A stretch of DNA of 64,000 nucleotides from contig OY843592.1 of the NCBI GenBank assembly GCA_963692865.2, positions 1,472,001 through 1,536,000 on the forward strand. The letters are read 5' to 3'. The translations under genes and the position numbers were made by a program. This DNA is from a bacterium (GTDB taxonomy: Bacteria; UBA8248). Positions 36,416 to 46,333 of this stretch are shown piece by piece. Positions within the stretch are counted from its first letter, which is position 1, and each line of letters opens with the position of its first letter. Under the pieces are notes generated by a model that was not told the origin of the DNA, made no database searches, and saw nothing but the letters and a program-made list of their open reading frames with translations.

Positions 36416-37499
36416 ATTCGAGGAGGGGCCGCGTCTTCTCATGGAACGTCCGGGTTCTCGGATGGTTGGACGGCGAGGAGATGCGCTGCAACTCATCGAG
36501 GATTTCGCGCTGGCGCCCGCTCAGCTTGGCGGGCGTTTCCACGACCACGCGAATACGCATATCGCCGGTGTTGCGTCCCCCCGCAGGCGACAGCCCCTCT
36601 CCTCTCAAACGAAATTCCCGGCCCGACTGGGTTCCCGCGGGAATCTTTATCGTCCTTGCGTCCCGGAGCGTGGGTACTATGGCTTCATGGCCGAGGGCGG
36701 CCTGGGAGAAGCTCACCGGCAGATCGAGGAGGACGTCGTTGCCCTCCCTTCGGAATACGGGATGGGGCTTCGCGCGCACCGTGACGATGAGGTCTCCCGC
36801 CTCGCCCGAGCGCGCGCCCTCATCGCCCCTGCCCTTGATCTTGATTTGCGCGCCTTCTGCGCTCGCGGCGGGAACCTTCACCTTCAGATTCTCCCGAGTG
36901 CTCGTAAGGCCCTCTCCCCCGCATGCCCGGCACGCAAGACCCGTGTGCTCGCCGCTCCCGTCACAAGCCGAGCAGGGAACCCACAACTCCGCGAGGCCCT
37001 GCCTGTAGCGGACCTCGCCCGCGCCCTTGCACGCCGGGCAGGCGCTCGTGCGCGCGCCCGGCTCGGCGCCGCTTCCGGCGCACGAGGCGCAGCGAACGCG
37101 GCGTGATGCGGCGATCTCTTTTTCGGAATCTTTCGTCAATTCCTCGAGCGTCGCCTCGACCTGGGCGTGCAAATCCCGGGAAGCGCTTTTCTTCTCGTCC
37201 ACGGGTTCTCGCGCGGTTTTGAAGATATGGGAGAAAATGTCCTCCCACAATTCTTCGTATTCGCCTTTTCGGCGCGCCGACCTCCGCCCGCGAGGCGTTG
37301 CGCGGGCGGCGGCGCTTTTCGGGTTTTGGAGGGTTTCGTGGGCGATGACGACCAGTTTGAAGCGCTTTTCCGCCTCCGGGTCGCCGGGGTTTCTGTCCGG
37401 GTGGAATTCGAGGGCCAGCTTCTTGTAGGCGCTTTTGAGTTGAGACTTCGAGGGATTTTTCTCTAAACCCAGAATCTTGAGGGCGTCGGCGACGTTCAA
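36414..37499 (-). CDS. dnaJ: Chaperone DnaJ family protein
   Basis: HPD J-domain, four CxxCxGxG repeats, C-terminal domain. Confidence 0.9.
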   Translation of the reverse strand: MNVADALKILGLEKNPSKSQLKSAYKKLALEFHPDRNPGDPEAEKRFKLVVIAHETLQNPKSAAARATPRGRRSARRKGEYEELWEDIFSHIFKTAREPVDEKKSASRDLHAQVEATLEELTKDSEKEIAASRRVRCASCAGSGAEPGARTSACPACKGAGEVRYRQGLAELWVPCSACDGSGEHTGLACRACGGEGLTSTRENLKVKVPAASAEGAQIKIKGRGDEGARSGEAGDLIVTVRAKPHPVFRREGNDVLLDLPVSFSQAALGHEAIVPTLRDARTIKIPAGTQSGREFRLRGEGLSPAGGRNTGDMRIRVVVETPAKLSGRQREILDELQRISSPSNHPRTRTFHEKTRPLLE

Positions 37500-37547
37500 G
37501 TGTTCATGACCTCCGCCGGGGGAACCGGGGATACAAGCGCTTTTCGT

Positions 37548-38600
37548 CTACTGTTTTCCCGAGGAGAGGAATTTCGACACCGAGTCCGCCGTCCATTCCA
37601 CGAGCGAGACGGCGCGATCGTAGCGCATGCGCTTGGGGCCGATGATGCCGATGCTGCCCAGCGGGCGGTCGTCCATATAGTAGCGCTGGGCGACGACGCT
37701 GCAATCCTTCATCTCCTCGAAATCGTTCTCCGAGCCGATGAGAATCGTGATGTCCGAGGATCCGAGGCATTTGTCCAGCAGGCGCACGAGTTTTTCCCTC
37801 TCCTCGAACGTGCGGTAGAGAGTCTGGAGCTTTTCCGCGTTGGTGGCGAAATCGGGCTGTGAGAACACGCGCGAGGCCCCTTCCACGAAGACGGATTCCT
37901 GCGCGGCTTCGCTTTCCGAGAGCGCCTCCTTGCTGAGTTTGAGGGCTTGTTGGTAGAGGGTGTCGAGGCCCTCCCGCGCACGGGTCATTTTCTGGATGAT
38001 TTGCTCGCGCACCTCTCTCAAGGCGAGGCCGCTGAATTCTTCGTTCAGCAGGTTGGATATCCGGTTCAACTCCTCCTGGCTGATGGGGGTCTCCATGGGG
38101 ATGACGCGGTTTTGCACCACCCCGCTCATGGAGACGATGACGGCCAGGGTCTTTTCCTCCGACATCTTCACGAAGTTGATGTGCTTGAAGTGGAGCTGCT
38201 CCCCTGCGGGCAGAAGAACGAGCCCCGCCGTGTTGGTGAGTTCGGAGAGCACGCGCGTCGCCTGGGCGAGCACCTGTTCGATTTGGGCGGCCTGCGCGGA
38301 AGCGCCTAAGCGCATGGATTCCTGCTCCTCGCTCGTGAGGGTGTGCGAGTCCATGAGGTCGTCGACGAAAAAGCGGTAGCCCAGGTCGGTGGGGAGCCTG
38401 CCGGAGGAGACGTGGGGCTTGGTGAGGAAGCCCGCGTCGGCCAGGTCGCTCATGATGTTGCGGATGGTTGCGGGGCTCAGGGCGATGTCCGCGTGTTTCG
38501 AGAGCGTGCGGCTACCTACGGGTTCGCCCGTATCCACGAAAATGTTGATGATGGCGCGCAGGATTTCCCGGTTTCTCTGTGCAAGTTCCAGGGCGTCCAT
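37548..38600 (-). CDS. hrcA: Heat-inducible transcription repressor HrcA
   Basis: EPVGSRTL, SPATIRN, PHVSSGRLPTDLGYR, IGPKRMRY. Confidence 0.97.
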   Translation of the reverse strand: MDALELAQRNREILRAIINIFVDTGEPVGSRTLSKHADIALSPATIRNIMSDLADAGFLTKPHVSSGRLPTDLGYRFFVDDLMDSHTLTSEEQESMRLGASAQAAQIEQVLAQATRVLSELTNTAGLVLLPAGEQLHFKHINFVKMSEEKTLAVIVSMSGVVQNRVIPMETPISQEELNRISNLLNEEFSGLALREVREQIIQKMTRAREGLDTLYQQALKLSKEALSESEAAQESVFVEGASRVFSQPDFATNAEKLQTLYRTFEEREKLVRLLDKCLGSSDITILIGSENDFEEMKDCSVVAQRYYMDDRPLGSIGIIGPKRMRYDRAVSLVEWTADSVSKFLSSGKQ

Positions 38601-38644
38601 TTCGCGAGTCTCCCGGTGAGGCGTCATTCGCGCCGGATTCTGGT

Positions 38645-38671
38645 GTGGCACTCCGGCGCATGGGGTGCTAA
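38645..38671 (-). promoter_or_regulatory. CIRCE operator
   Basis: Minus strand TTAGCACCC-N9-GAGTGCCAC upstream of hrcA. Confidence 0.9.
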
Positions 38672-38678
38672 TTTGTGC

Positions 38679-38707
38679 AAGATATGAGGGGATTTTTCCC
38701 CTGTCAA
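38679..38707 (-). promoter_or_regulatory. Sigma-70 promoter of hrcA
   Basis: TTGACA-17 bp-TATCTT immediately upstream of CIRCE. Confidence 0.82.
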
Positions 38708-38849
38708 GCACCTGGAGCCGGGGGTAAGGGAGTGTTTTCGGAGCCTGAATCTTGAAAACCGCATGAAAAGAACCCCCATCACTTAAAAGATGATTTAGAT
38801 CGTATCGAAGTTGAACGGAAAAACTTTTTACCTAAAGCGGTGGATTCTA

Positions 38850-39899
38850 ATGATTACCGATATTTTCGCGGATCGTTATTCCAATACGAATTTATGGGAT
38901 GAATTTGGAGAGGCGCAAAGACGGTTAATTGTGCAAATATTTCGCCTTCTTTCTGAACAGATTTGTCCTTACTGGGTAAATGTCAAAGAAAGTGAACCTG
39001 GAAAAATGTTCTGGACTGACATTCACAGCAGATTGTCAATGGAATTAGGCCTCAAGTCACTCTCGGCCCTTGCCTATGCGTACTCTACTAATTTGGGAGG
39101 GAAGCCACATACGGCATCTGGTACATGGCCGTTAATTACTGTCTGTGAAAATTGGATGCTAAAGGAGTTTGATCATTCCGTTTCTGCTGACCGGTTTATA
39201 AAGGAGCGTATTAGCTTGGTAGAGATTGGTTTTCGCAAGCGCGAGGAAGAAATCGACGCTGATAATGCCAAATTACCAGAGAGAATTTTGGCGGCGAAAA
39301 GACCGAGGCCAAGACGATCCGGCATACGCATTCCGGGTGATCCTGTGAAAGGGGTTATGGCGCGTAATGCTTCGATCAACAAGGCATTTCAAGAAGCTGT
39401 CAATGAACTGAATGCGCGTTTCAATCAGGCTGGATGCGCTCTTCATTATCACAATGGTTTTATTCAGTTGACAACTGATGAACTCACTCTGTGCCAAGTT
39501 GAAGAACCTTTTTGGGCACTTGTGGCCGACTCTGAATGGGAGAATGTCGATTTTGATATGAAAGAATCTTTGGACCTCCGCGATTCTAATAAAGGTGACC
39601 CCGCATTTCTCGCTGCCCGTGCACTCGAAAGCACGCTCAAAATCGTGTCAAATAAATTAGGTTTAACGGACGGCCGCGAAAAAGGTGCTCATAACTACAT
39701 CGAAAAACTTGCCTCAAAGGAAACGGGTTTTCTTGCGGATTGGGAATCTGAAGCGCTTAAAGGGTTTTTCACTAATATCCGTAATCCGTTTGGTCATGGA
39801 GCAGGGAATGCATCGAGGCCTGAACTGACGCAACAACAGACTGATTGGGCAATCGAAACATGCATGATTTGGATAAAAAGTATCATCCGTAGGCTCTGA
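38850..39899 (+). CDS. AbiJ-NTD4-like protein with a C-terminal HEPN-like domain (putative anti-phage)
   Basis: MITDIFADRY start, KERISLVEIGFR, RNPFGH (Rx4H); markedly AT-rich. Confidence 0.72.
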   Translation: MITDIFADRYSNTNLWDEFGEAQRRLIVQIFRLLSEQICPYWVNVKESEPGKMFWTDIHSRLSMELGLKSLSALAYAYSTNLGGKPHTASGTWPLITVCENWMLKEFDHSVSADRFIKERISLVEIGFRKREEEIDADNAKLPERILAAKRPRPRRSGIRIPGDPVKGVMARNASINKAFQEAVNELNARFNQAGCALHYHNGFIQLTTDELTLCQVEEPFWALVADSEWENVDFDMKESLDLRDSNKGDPAFLAARALESTLKIVSNKLGLTDGREKGAHNYIEKLASKETGFLADWESEALKGFFTNIRNPFGHGAGNASRPELTQQQTDWAIETCMIWIKSIIRRL

Positions 39900-40066
39900 T
39901 AAAAGTATGCTCGCGTACTATTATTCATTCGCCGCTGGATAACAGTAAAACCATCTCCACCACCTTGCTTTTACTACTGCGTCGCCATTTGTAAATGAGT
40001 TAGAATGAAATCTGAACTCCGGTGTCCGGCGCCGGGAGTGATGCGAAAGCCGCCGATTTTCGAGGG

Positions 40067-42301
40067 ATGCCGATGCCGAACGCATGGACGAGAGCCTTTC
40101 AGGCGGTTTTCAGGCGATGGCTCGGGCGGCGGACGCCGCCGCTCTCCGGACCGGCCCATGAAACCGGGGATTCGGCGCGCTCGCGCATCGCCCGCTCGCG
40201 CCGGGCGAACCGCAAGTTCCAGTACTGCACGATAGGCGCGGCGTTCGTTTTGATGGTGATATTGAGTCTCCTCTCCTATCAGCTTTACGCCGACACCAAG
40301 GCCGAGACCGAGGAGAGGTCCAACCGCCGCCAGCTTCTTCTCGTGGAGCAGGCGGGCGACCGGATCGCCTCGTTCCTGGAGGCGCTCACGGCCTCTTTGC
40401 GCTACAGCGCGGGGTTTCTGCGCACCATCGAACCCGATCATCCAGGGCGTATGGCGGTGATGATGGGTCTGTACGAAAGGCTGGGCGGAAGGTTTCGCGT
40501 GAGCGAACTGGGCTACTTGCAGCGAGCGGGTGAGCAGGCCGCCGCCATTCCCAGGGAATATCTCGAAAAACTGGCGAACTGCTTTTGGCCGCAGGGTGCC
40601 TGCATCCTCGTGGTTCGCGATGAAGCCCAAAGGGTCTCCTCCTTGTTCGCGGCGGCGCCGGTGGCGCCCAAAGGCGATGGAACGGAAGCACGAGAGGCGC
40701 AGCGAAAGCGCGACTGGCTCTACGCGCGAATTTCCATGGCGGATCTGGCGCGCGCCTTCGTCGAGCCCGTTCAATCGGGTGGCCGGGAGCGGGCGTGGCT
40801 CGTGGACGGCGAGGGCAGAATTATCCTCCCTCCGGGCATCCCCCCGCTGGAAGGGGTTCAATTGTCCACCCTCGCGCGCGAGTTGGGGGATGAAAGACTG
40901 AAAAAACTCGCCGGCCGCATGAAGAAAGAAGTGAATGGTTTCGACTGGCACCTCGACTTGAGGCCCGGGAAGAAAGAAAAGCGCATGCGCTACCTGACGG
41001 CTTTCAGCAACTTCCCCGTCGGACATGAGAAGTGGACTTTCGCTCTCACGGCGCCGTCTACCGAATTCGTCGGATTGATCGGACGCCTGTTCCGGAAGGG
41101 TCTGCTCCTGACGGCTTTCGGGTTCGTCGCCCTGGTCCTGGCCGCTCTTTTGATACTCGACCGTGAGCGCAGGCGCATACGGGCCGAAGACAGAATCCAC
41201 TGGTCCGAGCAGGTGCTGGAGAGCAACAGGCGGCTTCAGGCGCTGTTCGACGGCATCACGGACGCCATCGGCATTCTGGACGAGGATTTCCGCATACGGA
41301 TGCTCAATCGCTCGATGGGCAGGCTCTTCGGACGAGAGACGTCCGATTTGCTGGATCAGAAATGGGAGATATCGCTGCTCGGCGCCGTGCCGGAGCCCTT
41401 TGTCGAGCGCGCCATCGTGGGCGACACGTTCGCGACCGGCGAGCCGGGTTTTTTCGAAAAGTCGATTTCGTGGGAAGATGGGCGGCAGATGGATATGGAA
41501 TACTATACCTATCCGATTCTCGACGCCTCGGGAGCAACGCTCCAGGTGATTTTGTATTTGAAGGACGTGACCGGGCGCAAGGCGCTCGAAAAGGAAGTTC
41601 TCCAGAGCGAGAGGCTCTCGATCGTCGGCAAGATGAGCGAGCAGGTGGCGCATTCCATCCGCAACCCCCTATCGGCCATCAACCTGAACGCGGAATTGCT
41701 CGGCGATGAGTTGTCGCAATTCAAGGAGGAGGATACCTCCGAGGCATGGACGCTGCTCAAATCCGTGCGGGCGGAGGTGGATATCCTCAGGCAGGTGACG
41801 GCCGATTATCTCAAGTTCGTGCGGATGCCCAGTCTGGAGAGAGCGCCGGTCGCCTGCAACGAGATGATAGCGGATTTGCTGGACCTGCACGCGGAAGTGG
41901 CGGCGAGCAGAAAAATCCGGGTCGAAAAGGAGTTTGAAATGACCATCCCCGAGGTTGTCCTGGACGAAACGCAAATACGCGTCGCGGTTCAGAACCTCAT
42001 CCTGAACGGCTTCGACGCGATGCCCGACGGCGGTCGTCTCGTGGTGAAGACCGAACTGGAGAATCAACACCTCGCCATCCGTATATCGGACAGCGGGGCG
42101 GGCATCAGCCTCGAGGATCAGGCTTCTTTGTTCACGCCGTTTTTCACGACGAAGGCGAACGGAACCGGCCTCGGCCTCGTGCTGAGCCGCCAGATCATCA
42201 CCGAGCACGGGGGGAGCATCCATTTCGAGAGCGAGGAGGGGGCGGGCGCCACTTTCGTCGTCGAACTCCCGCTCGCCGTTGCCCAGGAGGCGAAGGCATG
42301 A
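40067..42301 (+). CDS. PAS-domain membrane sensor histidine kinase
   Basis: Two TM segments, PAS, HSIRNPL H-box, N/G1/F/G2 boxes; start uncertain. Confidence 0.92.
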   Translation: MPMPNAWTRAFQAVFRRWLGRRTPPLSGPAHETGDSARSRIARSRRANRKFQYCTIGAAFVLMVILSLLSYQLYADTKAETEERSNRRQLLLVEQAGDRIASFLEALTASLRYSAGFLRTIEPDHPGRMAVMMGLYERLGGRFRVSELGYLQRAGEQAAAIPREYLEKLANCFWPQGACILVVRDEAQRVSSLFAAAPVAPKGDGTEAREAQRKRDWLYARISMADLARAFVEPVQSGGRERAWLVDGEGRIILPPGIPPLEGVQLSTLARELGDERLKKLAGRMKKEVNGFDWHLDLRPGKKEKRMRYLTAFSNFPVGHEKWTFALTAPSTEFVGLIGRLFRKGLLLTAFGFVALVLAALLILDRERRRIRAEDRIHWSEQVLESNRRLQALFDGITDAIGILDEDFRIRMLNRSMGRLFGRETSDLLDQKWEISLLGAVPEPFVERAIVGDTFATGEPGFFEKSISWEDGRQMDMEYYTYPILDASGATLQVILYLKDVTGRKALEKEVLQSERLSIVGKMSEQVAHSIRNPLSAINLNAELLGDELSQFKEEDTSEAWTLLKSVRAEVDILRQVTADYLKFVRMPSLERAPVACNEMIADLLDLHAEVAASRKIRVEKEFEMTIPEVVLDETQIRVAVQNLILNGFDAMPDGGRLVVKTELENQHLAIRISDSGAGISLEDQASLFTPFFTTKANGTGLGLVLSRQIITEHGGSIHFESEEGAGATFVVELPLAVAQEAKA

Positions 42302-43677
42302 GCGGCCACGCCGGGGCGCGCATGCTGGTGGTGGACGACAAGCGCGGCAGCCGCGAAGCGCTCCAGAAGATGATCGCCAAGGAGGGGTTCGAGGTCGCTA
42401 TGGCGCACGATGCGGAGACCGCCGCCGAGATGTTCGGCGCCGACCCCGTGAATCTGGTCATCACCGACCTCAGAATGCCGGGGATGGACGGCATCGGCTT
42501 GCTGAAAGAGGTGAAGCGCGTGAGCCCGGATACGGAGGTTATCCTGATCTCCGGCGCCGGGAGCATCCAGTCGGCCGTCGAGGCGATGCGCGAGGGGGCG
42601 TATGACTTTCTCACCAAGCCTCTGGAGCGCGCCCTCGTCCTCAAGGCGATAGACAAGGCGCTCGAAAAACAGGCGCTCATGCGCGAGAACGCGGATTTGC
42701 GGGCGCAACTCCAGAGCCTCAGAGACGCATCCGGCATGATGGGGAATCATTCCTCGATCCGCCGGGTGAAGGACATGGTTCGCCAGGTCGCGTCCACTTC
42801 CGCCACGGTCCTGATCCTCGGCGAGAGCGGAACGGGCAAGGAACTGGTGGCGAGCGCCCTGCACGAGGAGAGCGAGAGGGCGGGCAAGGCCATGGTGAAG
42901 GTGAACTGCGCGGCGCTTCCCGAAACGCTCCTCGAGAGCGAACTGTTCGGCTACGAGCGCGGGGCGTTTACGGGCGCCGTGGGCCGCAAGGAGGGCCGGT
43001 TCAGGCTCGCCCACGAGGGCACGCTGTTTCTCGATGAAATCGGGGACATGCCGCTCGTTCTTCAGCCGAAGATTCTCCGCGTCTTGCAGGAGGGAGAATT
43101 CGAGCGCGTCGGCGGAACGGAGACTCTGAAGGTGGACGCGCGGATCGTGGCTTCCACGAACGTGGACCTGCAAACCGCCGTGGCCGAGGGGAAGTTTCGC
43201 GAGGATCTCTATTACCGCCTGAACGTGGTCCCCATCCACCTGCCCGCCCTGAGGGATCGGCGAAGCGACATTCCGCTGCTCGCCGAGCATTTCCTCCAGC
43301 GCTTCGCCGCGAAGAACAACCGGCCCGTTCTCGCGTTCTCGCGCGAGGCGCTCGACGCGATGTCGAACTATCATTGGCCCGGAAACGTGCGTGAACTCGA
43401 AAACATGGTGGAGCGCGCGGTGGTGCTGAGCCGGGGAGAGATTCTCTCGTTGGACGATCTCCCCGCGCAGGTCGCCCGGGGCGAGCCCGTGAACGGGGAG
43501 CAGGCCGCGGCGTCGGACGCGCCGCTCATCAACCTCGAGGTCGGCACCCCGCTCGCGGAAGTCGAGCGGCGGGTCATTCTGGAGACTCTCCGGCACACGG
43601 GCGGCGACAAGAGCGCCGCCGCACGCCTCCTGGGAATCGCCACGCGCACCATCTACCGGAAGCTGGACGGGAGTTGA
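42298..43677 (+). CDS. Sigma-54-dependent response regulator (NtrC/AtoC family)
   Basis: Receiver, [14 protein letters not shown], Fis-type HTH. Confidence 0.96.
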   Translation: MSGHAGARMLVVDDKRGSREALQKMIAKEGFEVAMAHDAETAAEMFGADPVNLVITDLRMPGMDGIGLLKEVKRVSPDTEVILISGAGSIQSAVEAMREGAYDFLTKPLERALVLKAIDKALEKQALMRENADLRAQLQSLRDASGMMGNHSSIRRVKDMVRQVASTSATVLILGESGTGKELVASALHEESERAGKAMVKVNCAALPETLLESELFGYERGAFTGAVGRKEGRFRLAHEGTLFLDEIGDMPLVLQPKILRVLQEGEFERVGGTETLKVDARIVASTNVDLQTAVAEGKFREDLYYRLNVVPIHLPALRDRRSDIPLLAEHFLQRFAAKNNRPVLAFSREALDAMSNYHWPGNVRELENMVERAVVLSRGEILSLDDLPAQVARGEPVNGEQAAASDAPLINLEVGTPLAEVERRVILETLRHTGGDKSAAARLLGIATRTIYRKLDGS

Positions 43678-43751
43678 TCGCCCGCGCATCGCTCGTTTCA
43701 TGAGCGGGTTGTGGTAAGGTGTGGCGCGAGAATCTGCGTAGGAGTTCGTCG

Positions 43752-44405
43752 ATGCGGGGTCGTTTCATCACGTTCGAGGGCGTGGAGGGTTGCGGCAAGT
43801 CGACCCAGATGGCGCGCCTGCGGGCGTGGATGGAAGGAGCGGGCCTCCCCGTTGTCGCCACGCGCGAGCCCGGCGGCACGAAGGTCGGGGAGGGGATTCG
43901 CGAGTTGCTCCTCGCCCCGCGGGATGAGGGTCTGGACGCGGAGACGGAACTCCTGCTCTACGAGGCGGCGCGGGCGCAGCACGTGAGCGAGGTGATTCGC
44001 CCGGCCCTGGAGGCGGGCGCCCACGTTCTTTGCGACCGGTTCTTCGACTCCACGACGGCGTACCAGGCGTTCGGGCGGGGACTGGACGAGGAGATGGTGC
44101 TGGAGTTGAACCGCATGGCGAGCGGGGGTCTCGTTCCCGACCTGACGCTGCTGTTTTCCGTATCGCTTGAGGAAGGCCTCGTTCGCGCGCGCGGCGAAAG
44201 CGCGGGCGACAGGCTCGAGGGCGAGAGTCTGTCGTTTCACCGCAAGGTGCAGGCGGGCTTCGAGGCGCTGGCGAAGCGCGAGCCCGAGCGTTTTCACGTA
44301 ATAGGCGATAGCGCGATTGAGCAGGTGCACGAAGAGGTGCTGACGATTCTGAAGGAAAGGTTCGAATGGGCTGGGAATCCATCCGCGGCCAGGACGCGGC
44401 TTTAG
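43752..44405 (+). CDS. tmk: Thymidylate kinase
   Basis: FEGVEGCGKST, REPGGT, DRFFDST. Confidence 0.96.
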   Translation: MRGRFITFEGVEGCGKSTQMARLRAWMEGAGLPVVATREPGGTKVGEGIRELLLAPRDEGLDAETELLLYEAARAQHVSEVIRPALEAGAHVLCDRFFDSTTAYQAFGRGLDEEMVLELNRMASGGLVPDLTLLFSVSLEEGLVRARGESAGDRLEGESLSFHRKVQAGFEALAKREPERFHVIGDSAIEQVHEEVLTILKERFEWAGNPSAARTRL

Positions 44406-45385
44406 ACCTGCTGCGGAGAGACTTATCCTCCGGGCAGGCGGCGGGCGCCTATCTGTTTCATGGTCCCGACGGGGTCGGCAAGGCGCTCGTTGCTCGCCTG
44501 TTCGCGCAGGCCTTGCAGTGCGCGGGCGGCGCGCCGCCTTGCGGGGCCTGCAGGGCGTGCGAGAAGACGCTCGCGAACGTACACCCCGACGTCGTCTCGA
44601 TTCGCCCCGAAGCGGGTTCTCGCTCCATCAAGGCGGAGGAGATCAGGGAAGAAGTGATTCGGCGCGCCCACCAGCGCCCCAACGAGGGGATGCGGCAGGT
44701 CTTCATCGTCGAGGACGCGCATCTGCTCACGCGGGTGAGCCAGAACGCCCTGCTCAAGACGCTGGAGGAGCCGAGCGCGGGCACGATCCTGATGCTGGTG
44801 ACGCCGAACCTCCACACCCTGTTGCCGACGATCATCTCGCGCTGCCGGAGGATCAGGTTTCAGGCGCTGGCGCGCGCGGATCTTGCCGCCGTTATCGGGG
44901 AGCGTTGCGCGGGCGAGGACGTGGAGAAGCTCGTTTCCCTCAGCATGGGCAGGCTGGGCGTCGCGATGTCGGCCGACGTCGAGGCCCTCTCCGAGCGCCG
45001 GGACGGGGCGATGCGGTTCCTGGAGGAGGTGAGCGCGCCTGCGGGCCGGGCGGACGAGGTGACCCTCATCACCCTCGCCACTGAGCGGGCGGGCAGCGGG
45101 GCTTCGGGCAGAAACGAAACAATTCTCTTTTTGGAAATGCTTCGCGGGCTGCTTCGCGATATACTTATCACCCGGGAAGCGCCCGAGACGATGGAATTGT
45201 GGCACACGGACATTCGGGCGGCATTGGCCGCCATGGGAGAGCGCTGGGGAAGCGCGGGCTTAACCCGTGCCCTCGAAAGGGCGGGGGAGGCCTTGCGCGA
45301 CGTGGACGGCGGGAACACCAACCCGTCCCTGACGCTCGAGGCTCTGGTATATTCCCTGCGGGAGACGGTTCCCGCCGGGGTTTGA
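44366..45385 (+). CDS. holB: DNA polymerase III delta-prime subunit
   Basis: AYLFHGPDGVGK, Zn Cys module, NALLKTLEEP, TIISRC. Confidence 0.93.
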   Translation: MGWESIRGQDAALDLLRRDLSSGQAAGAYLFHGPDGVGKALVARLFAQALQCAGGAPPCGACRACEKTLANVHPDVVSIRPEAGSRSIKAEEIREEVIRRAHQRPNEGMRQVFIVEDAHLLTRVSQNALLKTLEEPSAGTILMLVTPNLHTLLPTIISRCRRIRFQALARADLAAVIGERCAGEDVEKLVSLSMGRLGVAMSADVEALSERRDGAMRFLEEVSAPAGRADEVTLITLATERAGSGASGRNETILFLEMLRGLLRDILITREAPETMELWHTDIRAALAAMGERWGSAGLTRALERAGEALRDVDGGNTNPSLTLEALVYSLRETVPAGV

Positions 45386-45394
45386 GGTGAGCGA

Positions 45395-46333
45395 ATGAAT
45401 GAATCATCGAACGGCGGCGTCGCCGTCGAGGAGGCGCCCGAGACGCGCAAGCTGGGCGTGGTCGGGGTCAAGACGCGCTTCGGCGCGCGACCGGTTCATC
45501 ACACCTACGGGGCTCTTCGCCTTCGCGTCGGGATGAAGGTGATGGTCAAGAGCAAGGGCGAGGACGCGGAGTTCGGCGAGGTATCCGAAAACCCCCGCGT
45601 CATGGATGCGCGCTATTATCCCGGCTCCCTCCCCGAGGTGCTGCGGATAGCCACCGAGGATGACGAGAAAAAGGTGGCCCGAACCGAGGAGAACGAGAAG
45701 AGCGCCTACGATTTCTGCCGCATGAAGATATCCGAGCTAAAACTCCCCATGCGGCTGATCGAGGTCCGCTACATCCACTCGAACAAGAAGGCGATGTTTT
45801 ACTTCTCCTCCGACGGGCGCGTGGATTTCCGCAAGCTGGTGCGGGTGCTCGCCGAGCGGCTCTCCGTCCGCGTGGAGATGCGCCAGATAGGCGTGCGCGA
45901 CGAGGCGGGCATGAAGGGCGGCTGCGGGGATTGCGGGCGCACCTATTGCTGCAGTTCCTTCCTCAAGTCGTTCGACCCCATTTCCGTCCGCATGGCGAAG
46001 GACCAGAACCTGAGCCTGAACCCCGTCAAGCTCTCCGGCGGCTGCGGGCGGCTCAAGTGCTGCCTTCGCTTCGAGCATTCCCACTACGTGTCGGTGAAGA
46101 AGAAACTGCCCGCCTGCAAGAAGAAAGTCGGCGGCTGCGACTGCGGCGCGACCGTCGTGCGCCAGGACCTCCTGAAGGAAGAGGTGACCCTCGCGCTCGA
46201 AACGGGAGACTTCATGACGGTTCGCGCGGAGGACCTGATGCGCCTGCCCACGGGCCAATTCTCGCTTAAAACCGGCGTCCAGGACGATGCGTCCCTCAAC
46301 GTCTTGCCCAAGGAAAACGGCCCCAAACGATGA
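45395..46333 (+). CDS. PSP1/RicT (YaaT) family Fe-S regulatory protein
   Basis: RVDFRKLV, RQIGVRDEA, CGRTYCC, KLSGGCGRLKCCL. Confidence 0.93.
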   Translation: MNESSNGGVAVEEAPETRKLGVVGVKTRFGARPVHHTYGALRLRVGMKVMVKSKGEDAEFGEVSENPRVMDARYYPGSLPEVLRIATEDDEKKVARTEENEKSAYDFCRMKISELKLPMRLIEVRYIHSNKKAMFYFSSDGRVDFRKLVRVLAERLSVRVEMRQIGVRDEAGMKGGCGDCGRTYCCSSFLKSFDPISVRMAKDQNLSLNPVKLSGGCGRLKCCLRFEHSHYVSVKKKLPACKKKVGGCDCGATVVRQDLLKEEVTLALETGDFMTVRAEDLMRLPTGQFSLKTGVQDDASLNVLPKENGPKR

